Source of the DNA: a virus
Lineage: Duplodnaviria; Caudoviricetes
Virus record (IMG/VR): IMGVR_UViG_3300031857_000489
Location: 1-39,783 of that record
DNA length: 39,783 bases
Direction: 5' to 3' (one strand)
Part shown: in pieces, positions 33,253 to 39,783 of the stretch
How positions within the stretch are numbered: position 1 is the stretch's first letter
How the letters are laid out: each line of letters begins with the position of its first letter
Program-made: the position numbers and the translations under genes
The notes under the pieces: model-generated
Seen by the model: only the letters and a program-made list of their open reading frames with translations
Databases searched by the model: none
Told to the model about the DNA's origin: nothing

Positions 33253-33308
33253 TGCTGGGCCTCATCATCGCCCCCGCCACGGTGATGATGTTTCGGCACC
33301 GGCAAGTT

Positions 33309-33422
33309 TCAGAACAGGTCTTTCCCAATTTCGTTGGCCAGGTACGCCGCGAAATAGTCAAAACCTCGGAGTCGCGGAGGATCGGACTCGATTGCTTTCA
33401 CCGCCTTCTCTTCTGGCTTCAT
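33309..33422 (-). CDS. 37-aa peptide (below the track cutoff)
   Basis: GGAGGTG RBS; MKPEEKAVKAIESDPPRLRGFDYFAAYLANEIGKDLF. Confidence 0.4.
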   Translation of the reverse strand: MKPEEKAVKAIESDPPRLRGFDYFAAYLANEIGKDLF

Positions 33423-33466
33423 TTTTTCACCTCCGGGGCGAGGCGGTCGACGTCGGATCATTTTGA

Positions 33467-33937
33467 CTATTCCCCAACTGTATCCACGGTGTTCTCAAGG
33501 ATTTTGACGAGTTGTGGCGACATCCCAAACCTGTTCGCGTTGTGCGAAATGCTCTTGCGAAGATTCCCGTCGTTGTGTCGCATCGTCGCGGCCTTCCAGT
33601 CGCAAAACATCTCGACAATATCGACCAGGCTCATGTCGTCGATGCCGTTCTTGAAATGTTCGGGATGGTGCCGGTTCTTCGCGTAGTGATGGTCCAAGGC
33701 CGGCCCCAACGCTTTGCGAAAACTTTCGTACTCGGCCGATCCGTAAGTACTGCCCGCGAGTTTCGGGGTCCACTCGGCAAATAACTCGACTTCCGGGCTT
33801 GCAAGTTTCGATTGGTCGTGCACGTCCGCCCGGTCGAGCAGTTCTTTGACGAACTTGTGGATCAGCGATTGGACCATGCCGATATGGTGCAAGGTCGCGG
33901 CATTTGTAGCCTGTTCTTCGAGGGTCAGAGTCTTCAT
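33467..33937 (-). CDS. HD-like phosphohydrolase (DUF5662-like)
   Basis: H...HDQSK...HHYAKNRHHPEH...EMFCDW motifs; ATG at 33937 after GGAGG. Confidence 0.75.
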   Translation of the reverse strand: MKTLTLEEQATNAATLHHIGMVQSLIHKFVKELLDRADVHDQSKLASPEVELFAEWTPKLAGSTYGSAEYESFRKALGPALDHHYAKNRHHPEHFKNGIDDMSLVDIVEMFCDWKAATMRHNDGNLRKSISHNANRFGMSPQLVKILENTVDTVGE

Positions 33938-34086
33938 GATTGGCCTCCATAAGTGCTGTGGTGCGTGATGGTCAGGTGCATTGGTCAGGCTCCACTGGTG
34001 AGTTTTCTCCGACCATGCCGCCCCCTTCACGATCTCCCCCAGAACCCCCGATGCTAGTATTACTTTCGCTCATGGTAGTGACAAGG

Positions 34087-34749
34087 TCATAACTTTTGGT
34101 AATATTGACCGTGGGGCGATTCACATCCAGGAAGGAGCGTGCTCAATGGCTCGTGGGGCGTCGATTGTGCCGCGGCTGCGGTTGTCGGTGTGCTCAGTCT
34201 GTGATCGGCCGGCGGTGTGTCTTCGCGATACGCTACGTTACCGTCACGCGGTTGTGTCGCTGGGGCTGCGGCATCAGGTTGTGCGGGTAGAGGGCCGGCC
34301 TCGGTGCTCGGCGTGCGTTGGTCAGGAGTCTCGCGGCCGTCCTCGGGCCGTGATCGAGCATCAAGACGATCCGTTGATGCCTCTGGATCACGCGGCGTTG
34401 CCGACTGAGCACGCACCGGGATCAGCTGGCAAACTCGCCGTGTTGATTTCTCGATTCGCCTACGGGCTGCCCCTCTTTCAATCTGGCGACGCGAAACCGG
34501 ATTTGGGCACGAAGCGGACGATGCCGCTGCTGCCGTTCTGATTTTGTCTGCGGCTGTTGCCGCTTGCCAGAGGGGGAAGCGGCAACACAGACCGCATGTG
34601 CGGCTGGCGTTGACTGTGCGAAAGGTCTGGCATTCGTCGCACAAGACCGCTTCGGGGATGGCGTCAATTTCCGGCGCGCGCCTGGCGGCGTTTTCGATGG
34701 CGGCTTCCATGTCGCGGCGGTATCGTTCAAGGCTGGACATTGTGTTCAT
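34087..34749 (-). CDS. Hypothetical protein with an N-terminal CxxC..CxxC; C-terminal half doubtful
   Basis: AAGGAGG RBS and ATGA overlap; low-complexity tail. Confidence 0.45.
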   Translation of the reverse strand: MNTMSSLERYRRDMEAAIENAARRAPEIDAIPEAVLCDECQTFRTVNASRTCGLCCRFPLWQAATAADKIRTAAAASSASCPNPVSRRQIERGAARRRIEKSTRRVCQLIPVRAQSATPRDPEASTDRLDARSRPEDGRETPDQRTPSTEAGPLPAQPDAAAPATQPRDGNVAYREDTPPADHRLSTPTTAAAAQSTPHEPLSTLLPGCESPHGQYYQKL

Positions 34750-34976
34750 GGTAAACCTCCTTGCGGGTTGTTCAATGCGGGTTGGTCTCCGGCTGGCCGT
34801 TGGCGCGCCGCCTCTCGCTCCCTACACTTGTCGGTCTGAATGAACGCATCTCGCAGTTGCAGCGACCAGCATAGGTCTGGACCGAAACGCGACGGGTAAA
34901 GAAGCTGACTGAGCCAGTCTGGACCGGATCGCGGCAATCCGCATTTTGGGCAATGGTTCAACTCGACTTCATCCAT
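34746..34976 (-). CDS. Hypothetical protein (CPKC)
   Basis: AAGGAG upstream; coupled to the next gene. Confidence 0.5.
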   Translation of the reverse strand: MDEVELNHCPKCGLPRSGPDWLSQLLYPSRFGPDLCWSLQLRDAFIQTDKCREREAARQRPAGDQPALNNPQGGLP

Positions 34977-35006
34977 TCTTCTTCTCCTTTCATCTTCGCT
35001 TCTCCC

Positions 35007-35195
35007 TCAAAGGTCTTCCCGAATTCGCGGGTTGATCAACTCTCCGTCACGTTCCTTGTCGTACTCGAACCACACCGCCCCGCCGAACTTCACTCGTCGA
35101 CGGCATTGGTCTTCGCTTCTCGCGGTATCCAGGACGCTCGCTTTGTCGGGGTCGCCTGTTCTAGCTCGACTGTCGTAAAGAACGTACATCTTCAT
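35007..35195 (-). CDS. Hypothetical protein, 62 aa
   Basis: GAGGGAG RBS; ordinary composition. Confidence 0.6.
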   Translation of the reverse strand: MKMYVLYDSRARTGDPDKASVLDTARSEDQCRRRVKFGGAVWFEYDKERDGELINPRIREDL

Positions 35196-35244
35196 CGCTC
35201 ACTCCCTCAGTTCGCCCAGCCACGCCATGCCGGGTGGGCAAGCC

Positions 35245-35388
35245 TCACACCGCAACCTTCCTCTGCGGCAACGTCTGCGTCGTTTTCCGTTGCGCCTTCA
35301 AACATCGCCCGATAACGCGCCGCTCATCGTCGTCCGAGTGCATGAGTAGCGGCATCGTGCCGATGATCTGGAAATCGACGCTATACAT
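35245..35388 (-). pseudogene. 47-aa ORF, probable gene remnant (MYSVDFQIIGTMPLLMHSDD...)
   Basis: AAGGAG RBS; manual translation; sequence loses character after ~20 aa. Confidence 0.35.
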
Positions 35389-36547
35389 TTCGTTCTCCTT
35401 TTAGGGTTTGGTTTTCACTTCTCGCCCGAATCTCCTCCATCACCGCCCGCAGAAACACCGCCGCGACGTGCGGCACGATGGCATTGCCGTATCCACTCAA
35501 CCGCCCCACCCGATTCCGCCGCGCCTCGCGGATCATTCGCTTAGCGTCTTTTGGATCAACTCCCAACTTTCCCAGCCGGGCGATGAGCGGTCCCAGTTCT
35601 CGGGGAATCCCATGAGCCAACGGCTGAACGCCGCGTCCAACACGCCGCGTCTTTCCGTCGAGGCAGGGGACGAGGCGGTAGTCGCTCCAAGGACCGCATG
35701 ATTGAGCGTGATGTTTTTGGTTGTGAATCCTCCTGGGCTCGGATGCCGCTCCGCGTCGGTTTTTGTCGTGGCCGGCCACCCCGTCAGCGGTTCGTTCTTC
35801 CCCGGCCGCAGCCCCATTGCCGCTTCCACTGACCGGCTGTAGTCGCAGTTGCCGGCCCCCGGCGTCGCTGCCATGGGTGTTGCCCACCCCGCCATCGCCG
35901 CATCCGCCGGCAACGCTCCCCCGGCTTGGTTCGGGCCGGTTGTGTGAACAATCTGCCCCAGAGTGAGCCCGAACCCGTTGCCGTTCCCGGTTCTCTCTTT
36001 GCACTCTTTCCTTCGCGCTAACGTCTTGCCCGGGTCTTTGCACTCGAACTCGTTCGCCACCGGCGTAGGCCACCCAGAACAATCGCTGCCTGATGTGCGG
36101 CGCCCCGACGCTATGTGCGCCCAGATTGACCGCCCCGCAGGTGTAGCCTGCCGCTTCCAGGTCTGCCGATACTCCATCCCACCATTCAAGCCCGCCTCGG
36201 CCAGCAACCTGCTCACCGATGACGCAAGGCGGTCGGACGGCGTCGATGAGCCGGAAGAACTCGGGCCACAGGTGCCGTTCGTCTTCGACCCCCTTCCGCT
36301 TGCCGGCTGCCGAGAACGGTTGGCACGGGCAACTACCCGTCCAGACGGGCCATTCGTCGGGCCATCCGGCGAGTTCGAGGGCGAGTTCCCATCCTGCAAC
36401 GCCGGCGAAGAAGTGGCATCGTCGAAACCCGGCAACATCGGCTGGAGAAACATCCGTGATACTCCTGTCGTCCACAGTCGCGGACGGGTAAAGGTTCCGC
36501 AGCCAATCGGCGGCGAACGGGTCGTGTTCGTTGAAAAAGACGCTCAC
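35381..36547 (-). CDS. C5-cytosine DNA methyltransferase, alpha frame, copy 1
   Basis: GTG at 36547 (GTGA overlap); FFAGVAG (I), GSCPCQPFS (IV), GEQV (VI), GAPHIRQRLF (VIII), GYGNAIVP (X). Confidence 0.88.
   Translation of the reverse strand: MSVFFNEHDPFAADWLRNLYPSATVDDRSITDVSPADVAGFRRCHFFAGVAGWELALELAGWPDEWPVWTGSCPCQPFSAAGKRKGVEDERHLWPEFFRLIDAVRPPCVIGEQVAGRGGLEWWDGVSADLEAAGYTCGAVNLGAHSVGAPHIRQRLFWVAYAGGERVRVQRPGQDVSAKERVQRENRERQRVRAHSGADCSHNRPEPSRGSVAGGCGDGGVGNTHGSDAGGRQLRLQPVSGSGNGAAAGEERTADGVAGHDKNRRGAASEPRRIHNQKHHAQSCGPWSDYRLVPCLDGKTRRVGRGVQPLAHGIPRELGPLIARLGKLGVDPKDAKRMIREARRNRVGRLSGYGNAIVPHVAAVFLRAVMEEIRARSENQTLKGERNV
35533..36453 (-). CDS. Overprinted +1-frame MTase beta polypeptide, copy 1
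   Basis: GWPTP/GWATP/GWPATT modules and LDAAFSRWLMGFPENW (motif IX-like); conserved in copy 2. Confidence 0.7.
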   Translation of the reverse strand: MFLQPMLPGFDDATSSPALQDGNSPSNSPDGPTNGPSGRVVARANRSRQPASGRGSKTNGTCGPSSSGSSTPSDRLASSVSRLLAEAGLNGGMEYRQTWKRQATPAGRSIWAHIASGRRTSGSDCSGWPTPVANEFECKDPGKTLARRKECKERTGNGNGFGLTLGQIVHTTGPNQAGGALPADAAMAGWATPMAATPGAGNCDYSRSVEAAMGLRPGKNEPLTGWPATTKTDAERHPSPGGFTTKNITLNHAVLGATTASSPASTERRGVLDAAFSRWLMGFPENWDRSSPGWESWELIQKTLSE

Positions 36548-36822
36548 ACCTTCCCCCGCTTCGTCGCCGACGAAATCCGCGTCATCCCCAGCGCCGACCG
36601 CTTGATGATCTCCGCATGCCGACGCATTCGGTCGTTCTGCCGCGCCAACACGCGAATTCGGTGCAACAGCGTTTTGTTGGCCGCTTCGAGGCCGCGGACG
36701 ATCTCCGAAAGCGTGCGGCCTGATCCTGGACATGGTCCGTTGCCGTGGCCTGGCAGCTTGCCGGTTCGCGTCTGCCGCAGGTCGTCGCGCAGGCAGATCG
36801 GGCAGGTTGTTGTTGTTGTCAT
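36544..36822 (-). CDS. Small Zn-finger-like protein
   Basis: CPIC...H....CPGSG plus coiled coil; coupled on both sides. Confidence 0.6.
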   Translation of the reverse strand: MTTTTTCPICLRDDLRQTRTGKLPGHGNGPCPGSGRTLSEIVRGLEAANKTLLHRIRVLARQNDRMRRHAEIIKRSALGMTRISSATKRGKV

Positions 36823-37019
36823 TGGTCAACCGCCTTTCGCAACCGATCGCGGCATCGGCGGAAACTGCCCTCGTCGCCATCGCTGCTGAATACCCCGAAA
36901 CCCGCGAGGCCGTCCATGATTGACAGCACCGAAATGACCTCTCGTCGCAATTCGTCGAATGCATCGTCAATTTCCTTGCGGCAGCGGTCCCTCTCCTCTT
37001 GCTTCGCTTCGTTTGTCAT
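36819..37019 (-). CDS. Hypothetical protein (MTNEAKQEER...)
   Basis: ATG at 37019 overlaps the dcm-like stop; GGGAG-like RBS. Confidence 0.55.
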   Translation of the reverse strand: MTNEAKQEERDRCRKEIDDAFDELRREVISVLSIMDGLAGFGVFSSDGDEGSFRRCRDRLRKAVDQ

Positions 37020-38227
37020 TGTTCTTCCCCCAAATGCTTGTCGATCTTCTCGACTCGCTGTTTGAAAGTCTGTATGTTCAAGAGACGACACAGGTGCTTT
37101 CCGAAGACTTTCGCCAGCAGAGGGGGGACAGCGTTGCCGATCTGGCGAGCGATACTCACTCCATGGAATTGATAGCGATCCTGAAAGGACATGAGGCGGG
37201 CTGCTTCACGGTAGGAGAGACTTCGATCTTCAAGAGGATGGATGAACGGCCCTGACGCCACGTTGCGGAAATAGCATGTGATCGTGTACGCGGGCTTGTT
37301 TCTCGCAAGGCGGTGGTACAGCGTAGTGCAGTCCTGGCGGAGTTCCCCGGAGTTGATGCGTCTCATCTTCTTGAAGCGGTCGGGAAGATGTTCGGTCGGA
37401 ACGCTACGAAGTCCGAAACCCTCCTTGACAAAGGGGACGACTTTGCTTGCTTGTTCTGAAACCCCGTTCGCTTGATGCATGGTCAATTGTTTGCAATTGG
37501 AACGAACATACTTTTGATATGAGCACGACGGTGGATGCAGGTACTCCCAGCCATCACGGCGGAGTTCTCCCTTCATCAAGGGCAAATCGCCAATCGCTTC
37601 TTCCACTGTCACGTGCGGTTGAACGTCGAAAAGTCCCGCCTCACCGTGCGTCGGTTCCGGGAAGCTGATGGGCACACCGGTCCGCGTGGCAAGGAAGAAG
37701 ATTCGGCGTCGAAGCTGAGGCACTCCGTAGTCAGCGGCGACCATTACTTTCGCCTCGACCTTGTAACCGATCTCATCAAACGCCTGGTAGATAAGCCGTT
37801 TGAAATGCCCGCCGCGAAACGTCAGCAAGCCAGGGACGTTTTCCATCATCACCCATTTCGGCTGCACTTCACCGACCAGACGAACGAAGTGCTCGAAGAG
37901 GAAATTGCGAGGGTCGTCCTCTTTCCGCTTGCCGTGGGTGCTGTAGCCCTGGCAACTCGGTCCGCCCGTCAAGAGATCAAGCTCCTGACCACCGCATGCT
38001 TCAAGGATTTTTGAGGCAGGGAGGAGGGTGACGTCTTCGCAGAGCGTTTCCGTTTCGGGGTGATTTGCCTTATAGGTCTTTAGACTGTGCTCGTCAAAAT
38101 CGACGGCGAGAGGTGTGCGAAAACCAGCTTGTCGGAGACCTTCTGAAAGCCCTCCGGCTCCGCAGAACAAGTCCACACAGATCGGTTGAATCGCTTTTTT
38201 CAAATCCTTCATGGATTCAGGAATCAT
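37016..38227 (-). CDS. dcm: Conventional single-chain C5-cytosine DNA methyltransferase
   Basis: DLFCGAGG (I), GGPSCQGYS (IV), ENVPG (VI), YGVPQLRRRIF (VIII), REAARLMSF (IX), QIGNAVPP (X); the symbol is a family label only. Confidence 0.92.
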   Translation of the reverse strand: MIPESMKDLKKAIQPICVDLFCGAGGLSEGLRQAGFRTPLAVDFDEHSLKTYKANHPETETLCEDVTLLPASKILEACGGQELDLLTGGPSCQGYSTHGKRKEDDPRNFLFEHFVRLVGEVQPKWVMMENVPGLLTFRGGHFKRLIYQAFDEIGYKVEAKVMVAADYGVPQLRRRIFFLATRTGVPISFPEPTHGEAGLFDVQPHVTVEEAIGDLPLMKGELRRDGWEYLHPPSCSYQKYVRSNCKQLTMHQANGVSEQASKVVPFVKEGFGLRSVPTEHLPDRFKKMRRINSGELRQDCTTLYHRLARNKPAYTITCYFRNVASGPFIHPLEDRSLSYREAARLMSFQDRYQFHGVSIARQIGNAVPPLLAKVFGKHLCRLLNIQTFKQRVEKIDKHLGEEQ

Positions 38228-39204
38228 CTCCCAATTTCCTCCATCACCGCCCGCAGAAACACCGCCGCTAGCTGCGGCACGATGGCGTTGCCGTATCCCC
38301 TCAATCGACCGACGCGATTCCGCCGGGCGTCTCGGATGATCCGGCGAGCGTCTTTTGGATCAACTCCCAACTTTCCCAGCCGGGCGATGAGCGGTCCCAG
38401 TTCTCGGGGAATCCCATGAGCCAACGGCTGAACGCCGCGTCCAACACGCCGCGTCTTGCCGTCGAGGCAGGGGACGAGGCGGTAGTCGCTCCAAGGGCCA
38501 TTTCCGAAAGCGCCAACGCCGCATCCGCCGGCAACGCTCCCCCGGCTTGGTTCGGGCCGCCGTTGCTGCCGTCCGTCGCTCGGGGCGTGTTCCAGCCGGT
38601 TGTGTGAACAATCTGTCCCAGAGTGAGCCCGAACCCGTTGCCGTTCCCGGTTCTCTCTTTGCACTCTTTCCTTCGCGCTAACGTCTTGTCGGGGTTGTTG
38701 CACTCGAACTCGTTCGCCGCCGGCGTCGGCCACCCAGAACAGCCTTTGTCTGATGTGCGGTGCCCCGACGCTGTGTGCGCCCAGATTGATCGCCCCGCAG
38801 GTGTAACCTGCCGCTTCCAGGTCTGCCGATACTCCATCCCACCATTCAAGCCCGCCTCGGCCAGCAACCTGCTCACCGATGACGCAAGGCGGTCGGACAG
38901 CGTTGATGAGACGGAAGAACTCGGGCCACAGATGCCGCTCGTCTTCGACCCCTTGCCGTTTGCCGGCTGCCGAGAAGGGCTGACAGGGACAAGATCCCGA
39001 CCAGATCGGCCAATCGCCCGGCCATCCGGCGAGCTGCAAGGCAAGCTCCCATCCCGCAACGCCGGCGAAGAAATGGGCTCGTCGAAAATCTCGAACATCG
39101 GCTGCTTGAACATCCGTGATACTCCGCGTGTCCACCGTCGCGTCGGGGTACAGGTTGTGAATCCACTCGGCGGCGAAGGGCTCGATTTCGTTCATGTAGG
39201 TCAT
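38224..39204 (-). CDS. C5-cytosine DNA methyltransferase, alpha frame, copy 2 (start 39204 or 39255)
   Basis: Same motifs as copy 1: FFAGVAG, GSCPCQPFS, GEQV, GAPHIRQRLF, GYGNAIVPQ. Confidence 0.88.
   Translation of the reverse strand: MTYMNEIEPFAAEWIHNLYPDATVDTRSITDVQAADVRDFRRAHFFAGVAGWELALQLAGWPGDWPIWSGSCPCQPFSAAGKRQGVEDERHLWPEFFRLINAVRPPCVIGEQVAGRGGLEWWDGVSADLEAAGYTCGAINLGAHSVGAPHIRQRLFWVADAGGERVRVQQPRQDVSAKERVQRENRERQRVRAHSGTDCSHNRLEHAPSDGRQQRRPEPSRGSVAGGCGVGAFGNGPWSDYRLVPCLDGKTRRVGRGVQPLAHGIPRELGPLIARLGKLGVDPKDARRIIRDARRNRVGRLRGYGNAIVPQLAAVFLRAVMEEIGR
38301..39113 (-). CDS. Overprinted +1-frame MTase beta polypeptide, copy 2
   Basis: GWPTP/GWNTP modules and SRWLMGFPENW; ATG at the same position as in copy 1. 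Confidence 0.7.
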   Translation of the reverse strand: MFKQPMFEIFDEPISSPALRDGSLPCSSPDGRAIGRSGRDLVPVSPSRQPANGKGSKTSGICGPSSSVSSTLSDRLASSVSRLLAEAGLNGGMEYRQTWKRQVTPAGRSIWAHTASGHRTSDKGCSGWPTPAANEFECNNPDKTLARRKECKERTGNGNGFGLTLGQIVHTTGWNTPRATDGSNGGPNQAGGALPADAALALSEMALGATTASSPASTARRGVLDAAFSRWLMGFPENWDRSSPGWESWELIQKTLAGSSETPGGIASVD

Positions 39205-39302
39205 TCCGCCCGCCTCTCGATCGACGTCGTCGTGATCGATTACTTCCTTGCGCATTCGATTCCTCCCGCAAACCGCACTCGTCTCCACACCCGCCGCCGA
39301 TA

Positions 39303-39783
39303 TCAGCTTCCAGCCCCTGCCAACGTCGCGATGACATAGAGGTAAGATTCGTCGACCAGGAACGCAGTCGGCAGCTTTTCGTCGGTGAACATGATCGAGA
39401 CAACTGCCTCACCGTCATGCACCTTGAGCATGTCGGTGAGGAACTTCGGCGAGAAGCTGATGCGGACATTGCCGCCGCTAAACTCGATCGGCACTTCAAC
39501 CTTTGACCGGCCAGCGCCGGCCGAGTTGCTTTGCAAGGTGAGCTTTCCGTGCGAGAACTCGCACACGACGCCGACACTTTCCTCGCTGGCCATGATTGCC
39601 GCTTGGCGAACTGCCCGGTAAAGCTGCCCGCATGGGATCTCGACTTTGTGCGCGGGGTTCTGCGGGATGACTTGGCGATAGTTCGGGAATCGCCCTTCGA
39701 CGAGTCGGCTGTAGATGGTTACCGTGCCGACTTCGAAAGCGACGTCATTGCTTGACGACGTGACGACCACCTTGCCCTCGCCG
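39303..39783 (-). CDS. dnaN: DNA polymerase III beta sliding clamp, C-terminal part (5' end outside the window)
   Basis: SRLVEGRFPNYRQVIP, L.RAVRQAAI, ISFSPKFLTDML, YLYVI. Confidence 0.88.
   Translation of the reverse strand, partial: GEGKVVVTSSSNDVAFEVGTVTIYSRLVEGRFPNYRQVIPQNPAHKVEIPCGQLYRAVRQAAIMASEESVGVVCEFSHGKLTLQSNSAGAGRSKVEVPIEFSGGNVRISFSPKFLTDMLKVHDGEAVVSIMFTDEKLPTAFLVDESYLYVIATLAGAGS

Larger units (their letters stand above)
35433..39192. repeat. ~1-kb imperfect direct repeat (35433-36532 and 38237-39192): duplicated MTase genes
   Basis: Long identical stretches visible by eye; two in-frame indels (39 nt and net 183 nt). Confidence 0.9.
756..39783 (-). mobile_element. HK97-like siphovirus genome or prophage segment (replication/methylation, packaging, head, tail, lysis and accessory modules); boundaries not visible
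   Basis: Co-oriented genes coupled by ATGA/TGATG overlaps, in canonical order terS-terL-portal-MuF-protease-MCP-connectors-tube-chaperone-TMP-tail; no integrase or att site recognised in the window. Confidence 0.95.

Noticed and set aside
36548-36970. N-terminal extension of the 529-aa MTase ORF in the track
   Set aside because: Overlaps two better small ORFs; homology with copy 2 and the GTGA coupling place the start at 36547
35433-39192. Duplicated MTase segments as a DGR template/variable repeat pair
   Set aside because: Differences are not adenine-specific and include large indels; no reverse transcriptase in the window
35963-39339. + strand ORFs 35963..36889 and 38623..39339 as a third coding layer over the MTases
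   Set aside because: No recognisable motifs; their similarity is explained by the duplication and by constraints from the two minus-strand frames

Overview
This window is a GC-rich, HK97-like long-tailed (siphovirus-type) phage or prophage, encoded almost entirely on the minus strand. The host is probably a Planctomycete (inference only). Read from right to left, it contains: a truncated DNA polymerase III beta-clamp (dnaN) gene; three C5-cytosine methyltransferases; small accessory genes; terS/terL; portal; a multidomain protein with a Strawberry-notch-like helicase C-terminal domain; a MuF/SPP1-gp7 head protein; prohead protease; major capsid; head-tail joining genes; tail tube; a tail chaperone with a -1 frameshift signal; tape measure; tail tip and fibre genes; a putative lysis region with a papain-like peptidase; a metallophosphoesterase; and small hypothetical genes. 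The most striking feature is a 279-aa intein in the MuF gene (25086-25922). It has no in-frame endonuclease, but the opposite strand carries a complete HTH + NUMOD3-like + Vsr/DUF559-type endonuclease ORF (25158-25919). That ORF has its own sigma70-like promoter (TTGCTC-N17-TACAAT) and RBS, and all of these lie inside the intein boundaries. The second highlight is a pair of duplicated C5-MTase genes, each with an overprinted +1-frame ORF supplying motif IX and variable GWxTP modules (M.EcoHK31I-like alpha/beta organisation). No CRISPR array, tRNA, rRNA, integrase or reverse transcriptase was seen. All protein calls come from motifs and synteny read by eye; no database search was run.
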